A DNA stretch of 64,000 nucleotides from Podarcis bocagei (taxonomy: Eukaryota). How positions within the stretch are numbered: the first letter of the stretch is position 1; every line of letters starts with the position of its first letter. The notes below the pieces were generated by a model, which was not told the DNA's origin, ran no database searches, and worked only from the letters and a program-made list of their open reading frames with translations. A program made the translations under genes and the position numbers. Location: assembly GCA_964188305.1 (NCBI GenBank), contig OZ076889.1. One strand, 5' to 3'. Positions 26,331 to 40,744 of this stretch are shown in pieces.

Positions 26331-29300
26331 CCCAACTCTAAAGATTTCCTTCATGCTCAGCCTGTTCAGTTGGTTTAATCATTGTATGTTAAGTACTTTC
26401 TAAGTGCAGTTTCACACATGCAGTTTCTCCAAGCTCCCCTTGCACAATTTGCATGCAAATATTACAAGTGAATAATAATGTTACAGAAGAAAGTCAAAAT
26501 AGCCAAAGTATGTTTTACAGTCACATCAGAAACAAAAAGGTGAAACTGTTACCTATTTTCCTTTTTAAAACATTAGCATTGTGTCTTTAAGCCTAAAGAC
26601 AAGCTGTAACAAATTTTAAAATCCATAATACAAAAAGTAAACAAAACGGCAGAACAAACTCAGAAATCAATACATTAAATTAATAAAGCAAGCCAAATTT
26701 TGTGTCTGCCAAACTCAGAGTTTCAAAGGCTCTCTAAAAAAACACACCAGATCTTTGTCTCCTGTTTGAAGATCAGCAGGGAGTGAAAAGAGCAATTTAT
26801 AGCATGCCAAAGGCACTTGGCACTCGTATGTCTCTGCCTCCAAGATGCTTACAATCTAGCAAGGGATGAATGCAAGCTAATGCAATGGCATGTAGTAAGG
26901 CTTGGTTACATTTGTATACTATGTATGGTGTACTCTTTGCAAGCTGCTCAGTTCTTAAATTGTAAATACTCACAAACATACATTTTATTTTAATCTTAGG
27001 AAAATAAATTGCCCTGCCCTAAAAATACTTGCCCTTGTTTCTGGATGTCCTGGACATGGGCTATAAGAAGCAAAAGTTTGGGTTTATTACATAAAAATGC
27101 AAAAAAAAAAAAAAAAATAATAATAATCCTAAAAGTACAATTTATTTTTTTCCTAAAAAAAATTACACCTCAAAAACCTGAAAATGAGAGTGCGGCTTTT
27201 AAATGGTACATATGATTGGGGCTCTGGGGTATCATAACTCACTTCTACTTAGCGTCTCTGTTCTGCTATCTATGAAACAGGCATGCCAGTATATACTGCA
27301 CATAAACACTTAATACTCTACAATGTGACCTAAGATTCCTGGATAAAGGGTAATGCTCATTGTGTGCTGAGTGGTATTATACAGGGATTTTCAAAGGGAT
27401 GCCAATTCTAATTTAATATACTGTGCCCTTCTAAATCTACAAATTTGGTTTGTTTTCCACAGGAGGGGGCCAGAACCACAGGAGAGGTCGACACAGGTTC
27501 TTCAACACTAGGGAAAAAAGCTGGCTCCTGAGGAATGCCCCTGGGGATTCTGGGAAAGTCCTTATCAGCTTGTAGTTGACAGTGCTGACAGCAGAAACTT
27601 TTCTCTTTATGTCTGCTGAACAGGTTTGGAAAGCCTCCCTGTTTACCCAAAAGCCAATCAAAACCTGGTCTCTGTATGGGATTCTGAGAACATTGGGTCA
27701 AGAGGTGAGAGGTGTGATGTTTGGTTTTCTTCTTGTGGAGAATGCCAGCTATTCCGGCCTAGGCTGTTTAATTTGCAGTCAAACATGTTTCTCTATCTGG
27801 CTCCAAAGAGGCTCAGAGAAGGAAGGACCCCACCCAAGTTAGTGTTTACCCTTTGTTCTTTCCCTGGGGCCAACCTTGACTTCTTATCAGCTTGTATGAA
27901 GTAAACAGGTACTGAAGGCAGGAAGAAGGGTGTGGAGGATGCTGTTTTTTCTTGTTCATTCCCCCTCCCTAGAGAAAGTGTTTATCAAAACAGTTGTGTT
28001 TTGTTGGGGGATTTTATTATCTCCTCCCTTCTTCTAACTATTTCGTAACTGAGAGAGAAAGCATTTTCCTTTTGCCAAAGAAAGTCTGTCTGTCTGTAAA
28101 AGTACCAGATCAAGCTGCTAAGGCTGACTTTTTATTCAAACACTCAAATCCAAACTAGGGGGCAAGCAAATGTGGTTCAGAGCTGCAAAGAGGAACAGCT
28201 AGACAAAGCGTTAGGTCAAAATACATCTCTTAAATGGAATAAGCTTGTCCAGTTATGTGCAGCTACAAAGTAATTCCTAGTGGTGAGAGCACCTTAATTT
28301 ATTTAGTTGGATAAGAGCACCCTTAATTCATCTTATCTTCTTAAATTTCTCATTGACCTGGTCAACACATTACAAAAAGCCAAACTAGGTCTTTGCTCAA
28401 AATAAAAAAATTCCTTCCAGTAGCTCATGGTTAGCAAGGAGAGAGCTCAACTACAAGCCCACGTTCAGATAACAAAAGTTTAATTTGCAGGGCACCAACC
28501 AAACACTCTTGATACATCCTTGATTTGGGTGCCAAGTTTTTTAACACAAGGAATATTTGAATTAAGGGCTGGTTGAATATTCCGCAATCTTCACATCTGC
28601 AGAACTGTCCATTCTCCATGAAAGTGTTTATGGAGATATTTGGCAACTTTCCAGGATGCAGACTAAACTCAAGAATTTTCATCTTACCTTAAATATAATG
28701 TGGTTGTTGGGAGAGTTTATTTTGATTTTTATTATTTTGAAAAAGCCTTGTAGCTACTTTGAAAAGCAGCCTGATGCTCTGGGTGTATCCCTGGCACAAA
28801 ATGTCCCTGGAAACAAATGCTACACAACAGATGAATGGCTCCCCCAACCCGCCCCCCAAGAAAGATGTTACATCAAGATACAGTATTATTTCCATGAGGC
28901 ATTCCATCCCAGTAATACAACCAGAGCAGCCAAGCCACCACTTGAACAGCTGGCAAAGCTTTGTGTTGTTAGAAAAAGAAAACCTTGACATCTTGTTTTT
29001 AAGGCAATTTGAAGAATTCTGAAATTCACCTGCACCTGAACATCAATCCAATCTTCAAGGATCACTTCTGCCCCAACCCCCAAAATTTTCAAAAACCAAA
29101 GGCCAAATACTTTGACTCATTACTAATTAGAATGGCATACACATCCAACTTACTATTTCAAACTTGCTGCAATTATTCATAGTTAATGCTCTTAATATTT
29201 CACGGGAACAGCTAAAGCAGGGGGGAAGAGGCAAAAATGGAACAAGGGCCTTTCTAGACTCTAATCTCATTGCAAAGCAATGTACAATTATGATTATTCA

Positions 29301-29993
29301 GTTGTCATAAGATATCCAGACATTTCCCAAGGCAGAGCAGGAGAAGACTAACAATGTTGCATTAGCAATGAATCTGTGCGATTTTGTTGCCGGGGAAAAG
29401 AAATTCCCTCCCCACACAAGCACACACCCACACCTCACCACCTTGCAACAAGACCTGACTCCCAAATCCATTTGATGGGGACAAACTCTTCACTATACTA
29501 GCACTGGTCTAATAAAGCATGAAGAAGAAGAAAAACCTAGAGAGTTTTGTTAATGTTTTTTGGAGAGAGACCCCTATGATACAGCAATCTTTAAACTGTT
29601 CATTGGGAGGGCAATTCAAGCCCCTCTCAAAAAAGAGCTGCCATTTACAAAGGGGAAACTAAAACAATTTCAGCTAGCCTAGATATTTGTGGCCAAACCA
29701 TATTGAGAGGCAAAGGACATGGGCGAGGATAAGTTCGTACAGTAGAAAGTGTAGAACGTGGCTGTCCAGGACTCGCATTGCACCTAAGCAAGGACACATC
29801 AAACAACCCTGGGTAAGTAAGTATCTCTCTGCCTCAGGACATCAGTGTAGAATATCAGTGCCTCATCTTGGAATTTACAAACAGAAAACACGTTATATTT
29901 GCATGCGAGAAATGTAGAGACACAAAGGTCGGTCCTCTGAAATCACATGAAATGTCTGTCACAAGAAGGCCACTCAAACACAGGCTGTCTTAC

Positions 29994-30116
29994 CTGTTGC
30001 AGCATAATTGCTTGCTGCTGCTGCAGCAGAGCTTGGAGCTGAGGAGGAGACAGGATTTGTTGCATCTGCTGTGGGGTGATCATCTGAGGAGACATCATGG
30101 CCACAGACACTGGAAC
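29994..30116 (-). CDS. FOXP4: FOXP4 coding exon B: [41 protein letters not shown]
   Basis: 123 nt, phase 0/0; tttctgcAG and CAG|GTAAGA; [11 protein letters not shown] is the FOXP4 form (FOXP1/2 carry extra QQQV). Confidence 0.97.
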
Positions 30117-31218
30117 CTGCAGAAACAAAGGACAGTGGATGATGGCATATGCTATACCCAAATGAAAGGGTGTAGGTAGGAGAACAGGGAAAGAAGGTAC
30201 AGCTACATTGATTGTTCCTGGCATGTGGGCAAGAGCAAGATGCTTGTTACACTTACAAGTACTGCCAGGCCGACTGGCTCCCGGCACATGCCCTCTCAAA
30301 ACTTCACAAGGACACGACCTTAGAGCTGAGATAAACTGGTCTGTCCAATCCTACAACTATTACCCACGACAGACCAAACACAGTAAGGCAAGTCCAGGGC
30401 AAAAGCTGATCTTAAGACCACAAAGATAAATAAATCATTTGTCAGACACCCTAATTCCGTTGCTTCACTTTCTACAGGTAATTTAACACAGTACAAAATA
30501 TTGTAGAACTTGAACTAGTTTTGAACTTGAGGTTAGACTGAAACAAACACAGACACCTTGAGCACTGATGGCTCCATAATACCACTTCTTTGCCTTTGAA
30601 AAAAACCTATTGCTTGTAGATGATGATGGTGATATGATTTACTTCACTTCTATGCCCCTTAATATAAAGTATCTCTAAGCAGTGTACAGAAAATGAAAGC
30701 AACAGCAGACAACTTAAACAAAAGTATTACAAAAATACACAGTTACATATAAAAATGTTACATTGATACAAAGATCTCACCCAGGGTCCAAACAAACTCT
30801 CAGCTCACCCACAAGTGTCTCACAACGAGAAGAGCTCCTGAAAGGTTATTATTGCTGTGGTATGCACTGCTATGAAAGATCCATTTCCTTGTCACTACTT
30901 TTTTGAACCCCTCTTGGAAGGGAAACTTGAAGAAGGAACTCAAAGGTTGATCATAAGGAAGGGAATGAAGGTGCTTGGGGAAATTAGGAGAGTGCTTTGG
31001 GGATTAGGGAGATTAGGGTTATCAATTTATTTCTGGAAAAAGTCAGGCCAAGGTGAGCAGGTGAGAAGTTTGCCCAACACACACACACACCACTTACTTT
31101 ACTGGCATGGCCTTCCCAGCATCTCCTTAAATCAGTAGTTTTGAAGAACAGAAGTTCTGTGAGGATGTTGAGGGTCATAATGATTCTTAGCATTCTGTAC
31201 ATAACAAAGGCTCTAATC

Positions 31219-31418
31219 CAGGGGTAGGCAACCTAAGGCCCATGGGCCGGGTGTGGTCCAATCGCCTGAATGTGTCCTTTTATTTAAAACGCATCTCTGG
31301 GTTATTTGTGGAGCATAAGAATTCGTTCATTTCTTTTTCTTCAAAATGTAGTCCGGCCCCCCACATGCTCTGATGGACGGTGGACTGGCCCACAGCTGAA
31401 AAAGGTTGCTAACCCCTG
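31219..31418. mobile_element. hAT-type MITE, same family as 18442-18674 in the opposite orientation
   Basis: TIRs CAGGGGTAGGCAACCT / AGGTTGCTAACCCCTG; perfect TSD CTCTAATC; internal tgtgtccttttatttaaaacgcatctctgggttatttgtgg is the reverse complement of about 18548-18588. Confidence 0.9.
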
Positions 31419-31519
31419 CTCTAATCTCAGGAGTTCTTCTGAGTTCAAAAATTTACATTTGTATGGCCTTAATGCAGCTGCTTACACAATTCAATGTAAC
31501 TCCTGGAGATATTCCAAAG

Positions 31520-31677
31520 CAGGCATGTTCAAAGTCCATTGGGGGGGCCTAATGTGGCCCTTAAAAAAAAAAAAGCTCAACTTCAATCCTAAAAAAGGTT
31601 AACAACTTTGGTCGGCCCTCACGGCCCTTCACTTCATCAGATCTGGTCCTCTTTGAAAAAAAGTTTGGACACCACTG
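31520..31677. mobile_element. hAT-type MITE (158 bp)
   Basis: CAGGCATGTTCAAAGT / AGTTTGGACACCACTG termini; TSD TTCcAAAG / TTCtAAAG. Confidence 0.8.
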
Positions 31678-32119
31678 TTCTAAAGGCACACCTTTTCACT
31701 CAAGGCTGAAAATGGAAACCAAAAGTCAGAAGAACTCTGGTGAAAATGGCCTGCTCTCTGCAAACCACCATTAAGAGATCCACAGACCACAAACCACTAT
31801 TCTAGGTATTTTCTCATAGCTCAGAAAAAAATTGGTGTAGAATCAGGTTGATAAATATGAGTGGTGTCAAACTGCTATTTAAAGCATTTGTATTTGGCCT
31901 TTTCACATTTGTTCAAGGCATCTCACAACGTATTTAATACAGAAGTACAATGAAAACCAAATCTAACAAAAAATAATCAGCATAATTTTTTTCTTCCTTA
32001 CACTCCAGACTACAACACAATTCTCACTTCTACATTCAATGACTTTAAATAACTGCTTCTTTGTACCCCAGATAACTTCACCTGTGAGATAAGGAGGCTG
32101 TGAATGGCTATATATAGGT

Positions 32120-32573
32120 CGTGGTGGTCCAACTTTCATACCAAGTGGGCCACAAGAGTACTTTGGCACAGAAAACACAGGCCGCACACTGCCTTGCTGC
32201 TTGAAGAGTGGGGAGAAGAAGGCCAAAATCTGACACACACACCCAGCCCTCACGTTGCCTTCCCAAAGCTAGCTAAGCAAGGCAGCAGGCTTTGGGGAGG
32301 AGGTGTGAGGCTCCTAGAGCCCCCTGCCATCTCCTTCCCAAAGCTGGGAAGGCCCTAACTAGGCTTTGGGAAGAAGGCTGGACTCTAGGACCCTGTCAGA
32401 GCCATCGCACCTCCTTCCTCAAGCCCAGCACTTTGCTTACCCAGCTTTGGGGAGGCATCTCAAGGGCTGTAGGGGGAAGGTGTCAAATGTTGCTGAGGGG
32501 CGCCAAAAGACGCCCAGAGGGGCACCAAAAGAGGCTTGAAGTGGCCCTTGGGTTGCACTTTGGACCATCCCTG
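32120..32573. mobile_element. hAT-type non-autonomous element (454 bp)
   Basis: Degenerate TIRs (gtggtccaa / ttggaccatccctg) and perfect 8-bp TSD ATATAGGT (32112-32119, 32574-32581). Confidence 0.8.
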
Positions 32574-33976
32574 ATATAGGTCAATAAAAACAGCTAGAAT
32601 TGGGTTTGGAGACTCACTGGCAGCCACTGTAATTGCCTCAGAACCAAATGCAGGAATGTTTCCATGCCTACACTCACTTGCAGCTAGGCCAAAGCATTCC
32701 ACACTAGTTACAGCTTTCAAACAGCCTGAAAGGACAGACCTATATAGACCAAACACAGTCTTTGTTATTATCTGAAGTAACAAAGGGACAGATAATGGTT
32801 CTTACCATCTAGAAACAAGTACAGCCAGTGTATCATAGACATAGTAGGTCTGACTGACCCAGGAACGCAGCAGCCTGCATCCCTGCTCTAAGAGTCCTAC
32901 AGCACAACAGGAAAACCTGCCACTCCAATTCCCATCAGCATCACTTTTTGTCTTACCTCGATTAAGCCTCAGTTCATTAATTAAGCCTCATCCATCTAAT
33001 CACAACCTTCACACACTAGCTATGGACAGAGGCAGCAATTTCTAGCTTCATAGATAACAAAATATAAAAGCTGGGTGCCATATACTGCTTATTCCATGTA
33101 CTGCTTATTCCCAATCCCTAAAACTCATGGTACTTCTTTGCTGCAGGTTCCTCTATTTTCAGTTCAATGCTTTAGTGTTGAACAAGAATGGAAAGAAAAT
33201 AATATGGACATAGAGGAGTTTTGCATGGCATTCCCTCATAGAATGAACTGACCACACCTATCCTATAATTTCTTTGGTCTACCATGTGAGGAACATCTAG
33301 GTTTCAATTGGGTGGGGGCAGAGATAAGGTGACAAATTAGTGTGCTCTTGTTAGGAAGAGAGAATAAATGTAGTGAGCAAGTTACTCCACCTTCCTTCTA
33401 AGACTACTTTGCCTATCATACCTCCATACATACAAGGAAAGTAGTAGTGGAAAGAAGTCCATCTAGGCAGGAATTGATTGACTGGTTTAATAATCACATG
33501 ATCATGGGGTCACAATTGGATCACTCCACACACCTCCTGGCTTGAAGTGAGTGGAAGACGACCAGGAAAGATGCAAGAGCCTACAAGAAATCAATGGGGG
33601 TGAAGTGTGTTTAAGGTGCAGATTGTGCAGGTGTGGAAAGTGTGGAAAGAGAGGTTCACGAAGGGTGTATTAAAGAGATGAGCTCTACTTGAATAACTGT
33701 CAGTACATATTTTAAATTGATGTTCCTGGGGATGGGTTAACAAGTGCACAGAAACACCAGTCTGCAAGCTACATATCCCTTAGGGATTCAGTGCACCTTT
33801 TTGAATAATGTGGCATATTAAATATTTTTGCTATGATAGCAATAGTGGCAGCAGCAGCAGTAATAAGAACAATAATCACACCTTATTCTCAGAGTGAAGG
33901 TTGCTTCAACTGTCATGCAATTCCTGCATGGAAAACCTTTGGTGTAAGGTAAAACACAAAAAAAATCTGAACACTG

Positions 33977-34018
33977 ACACACACACACACACACACGCGC
34001 ACACACACACGCACACAC
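33977..34018. repeat. (CA)n microsatellite with CG interruptions
   Basis: Read directly. Confidence 0.9.
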
Positions 34019-34429
34019 AGTGATGAACTGTATGTCCATGCAGTGAAATTTGCATCAGAAGCAGGAAATCAACTGGACAAGCACTGGGAAGATGGCAAAG
34101 GTGTTAGAAGAACATTCATCAGGCTTCACTGCAAAGAGCATTTTAAGAATACCCACATTTTCTCAGCACCACAGATGAAGAACTCTGTTGTGTAAATAGT
34201 GACAATAGAACCAACTTTCAGTTTCAGAACCAACTGACAAAATTTACAGGCTTGACTATTATAATACACAATTTTCTTAGGAATGAAATTCCTGCATGGA
34301 GGGCTCTCTGGAGCAGGCATTCCACTCTCACTAGCATACAAGTTTTTCAAGCTAAATAAAGTTTTCTGGGTCTTTTCTATCTGCAAAAGGCCTGCAGATT
34401 CTCTATTACTGGGAATATTCTTAATATAG

Positions 34430-34778
34430 TAGTGGTTCCCTGACCACCAGCACCCCACATGGCACAACTGAAAATTGCTGAAGGTCTTGGAGGATCACTT
34501 AATGATTTTTCTGCTGTTGTTCCAATTGTTGCACGAGATGCTGTATTGCATTTTTATTGCTTGTTTTATTTCTTATATATTGCATTCTATTGTATTCCAT
34601 GGAATTCATATGGTTATACAATAAAAGAAGTAAAAGAAGCAATTAAAAATAAATATTTTTAATGTGATGGATATGCTCTCTCCTATCTTCAACCATAAAT
34701 CCACAAACATGCTGCAGACCACCTGAATGAAGCTCGCAGACCACTGGTGGTCTATGGACCATAGTTTTGGAACCCCTG
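34430..34778. mobile_element. hAT-like non-autonomous element
   Basis: agtggttccc...ttggaacccctg termini; gaccactggtggtctatggaccatagtttt subterminal motif. Confidence 0.6.
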
Positions 34779-36269
34779 TCTTGGAGAATAAAGGCACCAT
34801 TTAGAGTTAATGCTCCAAGTACTGAATTGTATACAAAGGGAAGAGATGGTTCCCGGAAGGTGCAAGATGATGAAGGACTCACTAGAGCTAGGCTATGCGG
34901 GGAGTAATTGAAATTATATGACAGTCACACATAGAGACACACACACCTTGTCAGATCATGTCCTGCTCCACGAGCCTTCACTTTGTGAAGAATGACTATT
35001 GGTTTCCAAGACCAGGACCTTTATCCCAGTTGCCACTGAAACTAAGAAATGACCTCCCAGCTGAAGTTAGAGGATGTTCCTCCTTCTGTCTTCAGCAAGA
35101 GAGGAAAGATACATCCGCTTTGTAAGCCACTCTGAGCAAAGGAAAAGGGGCATCTAAATCACTTTAATCAAATTAATCGGGGAATGCAAATGATTGCTTC
35201 ATTTCATCCATGCCTTTCTCTTAAGTAGAGAAAATAAACTTTCCAGTTAGGATAAGCACTCTAGTGCACTGTTGTGAAAGAACAAAGAATGTCCAGAAAT
35301 AGTTCAAATTTGGGGTGCATTCAAAACATCTGTTCCCGTCCCTCCAGGATACAGCTAATGCAATCTGAAACTCTCATCCCTCTTGTGTCCCTTGTCAGGG
35401 ATGCACTCTCCCCTCCATCCCAGTTTGAAATCGAACAACTCAATGAAGATACTGCAGTGGATGGAAAAGGCTGCAGTTTGTCACATGAAGCAGATCAAAC
35501 CTACCATCAATCTGGCAAGTGTGACGACCTGGAGGGCAATCTTACCTTTAGTTTTACAAGGAGTTTAATACCACACTCAGGAGGAGGAACCTGAGCAGAG
35601 GGAATTCTACCAGGGAATTTCTCCCCCCTTCTGTCCTGTTGGTTCAAGCATTCAGGAGCTTGCTGACCTTTGGGGCAGGTTGCAAGTCTTATCTGTTTAC
35701 TCAGGTTGCTGGCTTGAGGGAGGTGCCCAAATTTTCATTTGTTATTCCAGAAGTCACTTTGAGTCAACTTACAAAGTTAATTATTAACTGCTGTGGGCTT
35801 GCTCCAAAACTGCTAAAGAGGCACCATTAACCAGAATCAGTCCATGAAGCAAAGCTGTAAGACCCTTGGTCCTCCCTAACAAAATCCAGACTGTCTAACC
35901 TTCTTCACGCTGGACAGAGATTCTAGTCCCATCAATAGCACAGTTAGTTGCAAAGTTCTTCCAACATTCACCTGAAAGAATCTTGTGCAAAACCAAATAT
36001 AATACTGGCAGCACAACATGGAAAAGCCATTGGTGAGGTATTCCACTAAATTATAGTGGAGTAGTTAATATAAAGCCTTGTTATCATAGCAAAACCATGG
36101 CCTCTGCAACCTGTATTTCACTGATGTACATTGCTACTAGTATTTTGTGCTTTGTCTAACCAACGGAATGGGTGTTCCAAGATGCAAGTAGCAATGAAAA
36201 TCAACATAGAAACTCAGGCAGCAGTACCAGGAGAATGAGAAAGAATGGAGTTGATGCCCACTCACTAGG

Positions 36270-36660
36270 AGACAAGCATCACGCTAATTTCCCTTTGCTG
36301 TTCATCAGCCTGCAATGTGCTCTGAATGAGAGCCTGTAATTAATTGCTCATCTGCATCCCCCATCTGAACTCCCTTCCCCACCAACCCCCACCACTACAC
36401 CGTGCATCCAGCTTGATACACGTTGGCTGGCATTTTCAAAATCGGAGGCATTCTAATTACCGGAGAGTTATAACACCTTCCATTTCGCGCCCGTCGGACT
36501 GACACCCTGTCAAGAGCAAAGAGACTTGCCAGAGGTTTTGACAACACTAATTGCCCCTATAATCTAAAAACACAAAGGAGAGGCGATTAGTCGTGAGGGC
36601 CGCAGCTCTCGATCCGACATGAGGTTTTCACAACGTTACAAGAAAACAAAAGCAGTGCCT
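36270..36660. promoter_or_regulatory. Candidate intronic enhancer / conserved non-coding element
   Basis: 14 CpG in 36401-36635; several TAATT, TTTCGCGCC, TGACAcccTGTCA; not recognisably repetitive. Confidence 0.55.
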
Positions 36661-39600
36661 TTTAGAGTGTGATGGCTGCTAACAAAGCAGAATTATATTT
36701 TCATACAAACCTTTGTCTACATCAAATCGCTTTCCCCTTTCTCTTAAAATGCTAAGCTGACACAGAGAATGGTGGGGGCTCCTTAGGAAGAGGGGCAGGA
36801 AAGAAGATAAAAGATACATGAGCAATGGTTCTTATAAGATGGGAGTAGTCTTAGGACTCAAGAGGCCTCCAGATTTCTTGTTTCCTAGTTTAAGATGAGA
36901 TGGTGAAAAAAGTAGCACCATCATTTCCAGGGCTGGGTTCTACCATCTTATCATCTACCTCCCTCAAGATCTTCTACCCAATATTCTAAGAATTGTCAAC
37001 ACAGTAGCTGCATCTCATTACAGAAAACATATGCCCTAATCAAATGCTGAAAAGTGGTTTAATATATCAGCCCTGCAAAGTTATAAGCTTAACACATGTA
37101 CTCTGCTTATTGACACAAGCAATGATGCAAAACTGCGTCCAGTGCTAACAGGAAATTACCATTGTTAAAAATGAGGTTTCAAATCATAATGTTTCCTTGT
37201 TATATCTCCTCTCTTAGTGTACACCTATTGTCTGGAGATTTAAACAAGACAGACTGACTGTTCAACAAGTTTATAGCTCATCTTGTGCAACAGCAGCACC
37301 ATTCCTCAGTTTATGTGCTTGTATTCAAGTTGTTTATTAAACCTGGGGGGGAGCAAAAAAAACAAAACAAAAACAAAACAAAAAAACAAAAAAGCATGCT
37401 AAGATCCTGATAATGGAAACAATCCAGAATTTAAAATCTGTTGAAGCAACCCCCCAATACTAACACAGACCAATAGGCTCCATAACTTTAGATAGCCATA
37501 ACTGCCCTATCCAGCTATTTTGCTTTTCCCTTCTAGCTCAAGCAGTGTGAACAAGGATAAATAAGTTACCTATAGGCTAAGAGCAGGGGCTTCAATTAAG
37601 GGGCAAAAGGCTTCAGTCCATTTCTTGGGGACTCCAAAATCAACTTTTCCATCAAAATGGAAGCTAAGCCTGCTCACCCTAAATATCTTTAGTAGCAACA
37701 CCTTGAGCTACAGCATGCAGGATGGCATATCTGAAGATAATGGAAGCGTGAGAGGCCTGTTTTAATGGCTCACACAGCCATAGTAACATGACAGCAATTT
37801 TGACATGATCTGAACATACAACATGAAAGCTTGAATTTGTTTCTACCGTTAAACACATGGATTCTTTCAATATACCATATTAGACTCTGGGAGGAAGACA
37901 AAGCTCCCAAAGCATTGGGCCATCTGGGCAGAAGATACTTTAATTTGGGGCATAAGCTTTCAAATATTTAATAGAAATCATACAATCAACAAACATTATA
38001 GGAAACTCATGTTAAAAGGAAACATCAACCACTTTAGCATCAACCAGTTAGTTCAGGACTTTGCACACTGCAAGCACAACAAGAAAGAAATATTAAAATA
38101 ATATTCTGGTACAAATGAAAGTTGAACTAGTACAGAAACTTCAACTAACTCCTTGTCCCAAGCCTGCTTTTTTACTTTCATAAGAACTGTAGACTCTTCT
38201 CCGTTCTCTGAATATTAGCACTCCCAACAACAGAAGCATTGTGTCTGTAGACAGAGAGGCTGAATTTCTCTCTCCAAGAATGGTTTGTGGGTGTGCGTGT
38301 GTCATAGCTGGCATCTGGCAGACAGTGAGCTAAGGCAGGCAGTGACTCACTTGTTGGCCAGTTGCCATTCCACAAAACTGCTTACTAACAGCGCTGGCTC
38401 CCTAACAAAGCTTTGACAATGCATCTGAAGAGAGATGCTTTTCCAGGATGCCTTACTTAAATGGAATCCCACCATACCAGAGTTAGGAGTGAAATGCAAA
38501 AGGATCGCCAGTGTGTGGTGGAAAGTGTGTTTCCTGATGAAAACTCACCACATTGAGTGACGCTTAGTTGTGATTTCAAAATAGATAAGTAAAAAGCAGA
38601 ACTTGGCAGAACAGGTTCTTAAGATAAGACTGCAGTACCAAAGCAGCAATATGGCAAGAAGGAACCAACCCTGGAGGGAATGTGCCATCTAAATCAGGGT
38701 AAGAGTCATTAATGAAGCATAACACAAGACTTCAGCTGAAGGCTGTGTTAGATGAAATCTCCTGTTGCTTGAAGCTGGATAAAGTATCCCAAGAGTCAAA
38801 GAGGTTACAGTATTCTTCAAGGTAGAAGGCAATTCCCTACCTAGTATATCAATTTGTCTTTGAGGAACAGAGGGAGAAAGGATCACATGACCGAATGAGC
38901 ATGACTGGAATACTGAATGCTACTGCTCATATTTTGGTTTGACGCAATGTTTGAAATCTTGTTTTGCTGTGTAAAACAACAGATAAATATTCTGTGCCAA
39001 TGTAAAACAACAGCTATTATGTGAAGATATCTGGATAGAGCAAGCAAGCTGCAACAGATGCAAAGAAACCAGGTGTAGTCAGAAGAGCAAGTTCAGGGAT
39101 GGAACTGCTCACACACAGCTAAAACTTGCTCCATACACCTACCTGGAGTTGCCATGTGGTGCCCATTGTAACAATGACACTGCTGAAGCCTTCCCCAGTG
39201 CCTGCAAAGCCTCTGACATGGCAAAATAATGTGAGTTCAAAGCACGGTTCTTCCTAACTTTTACTAGGGTTTCCCTCAAAACGAGGACCCATGCTTTGGA
39301 TCAATGTTTGTATAATGCTTGCAAGTACCAGATCTGTGATACTGTGCAGCTTACCAATGTAAGATTTAATTATACGGTGATATATATATATATATATTGA
39401 GGGGGGGGGAATCCCCAAGGAAAATGACACAAATTCAAGAGGATCACTTAATTTTACTGGATCTGATTTTTATCCGGACCTCATGGAAAAGCAAATAATG
39501 GGCAGTAGTCAATATTTGCACAATGGGAAATCTAAAAGTTGGAAGAACCCTTAGATTTTGGGGGGAGGGGAGAATGGCCCATTACACAAAGAAAAACCTT

Positions 39601-40105
39601 GCACTGACAAAACATTCTCTTGAATACAACCCAATGCATGTTTGTGTTTGTGTGCACATGCACTCTGTCTATTGGGCGGCGGGGAAAGGTAACCTGGAGG
39701 AGAGAAGCAGCCAGACAAATTGGTGCCCATGCAATTCTCTCAAGAACCTAAATAAGTCCCCTGCCCCCAAAAGGTTGGTGACCCCCTCTAATAAAATGTG
39801 GTAATGGGTACATACCAATCCACACTCCACACATGAATAGATTTTGGACTGATTTTCTAAATCTGCATAAGGTTAACAAGCAATCTAGTCCTATTCATAA
39901 TTTATTCCATTGGCCTACCCTGGGATCTGCCTACAGCTTTAGGTCCAACATTACACCTACACAGTTGTACAGAACACGATTATAAACTTCTGTAATTTGA
40001 AGCAAGATGCATAAATATTATTAACAATTCTTGGGAAAGAACTTTCCACAAGGAAATGTGTTCAGATGAAACCACATGTTATCACTCCAAATAGAGTATG
40101 ATATA

Positions 40106-40347
40106 CAGTGGGACCTCGGGTTAATTACTTAATTCGTTTGGGAGGTCCATTCTTAACCTGAAACTGTTCTTAACCTGAAGCACCACTTTAGCTAATGGGG
40201 CCTCCTACTGCTGCCACGCTGCCGGACCACGATTTCTGTTCTTATCCTGAAGCAAAGTTTTTAACCTGAAGCACTATTTCTGGGTTAGCGGAGTCTGTAA
40301 GCTGAAGCGTATGTAACCTGAAGCGCATGTAACCCGAGGTACCACTG
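40106..40347. mobile_element. Tc1/mariner (pogo/Tigger-like) MITE
   Basis: TA|CAGTGGGACCTCGGGTTA...TAACCCGAGGTACCACTG|TA; internal aacctgaag repeats. Confidence 0.92.
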
Positions 40348-40744
40348 TACACATGTATGTTATGTCTCTTGCAACCCATAGAGCTCTAAGATTCAAAGAA
40401 AAGGGATGAAGAGAACACTTAAGAATGTACATTAACATTCCTTGATGGTAAACAAACTAGGAACAAGGTCATGTCTGATACTTTATTTACCCTAATGGCC
40501 TTCTAAGGTTGCATCTGCCTTTGCTGATCTCCGACCTAAGGCTAGTGTAGGTCAGGCTGTGCATCAGACCTGTACCAAGTTTTCCTATCATCCTGGTGTA
40601 AGCGACTCCTATCCTACGTGCAGGGGCACTTTAGACTGAGGACAGTGCTGCCACACAGTATCTGTTCAAAACGAGTTCAAATTTTCTTGAAATCAATCAC
40701 ATAAAGCAAGAGCAAGTAGTGATGAAATGCTCAAGCGGGAAAGA

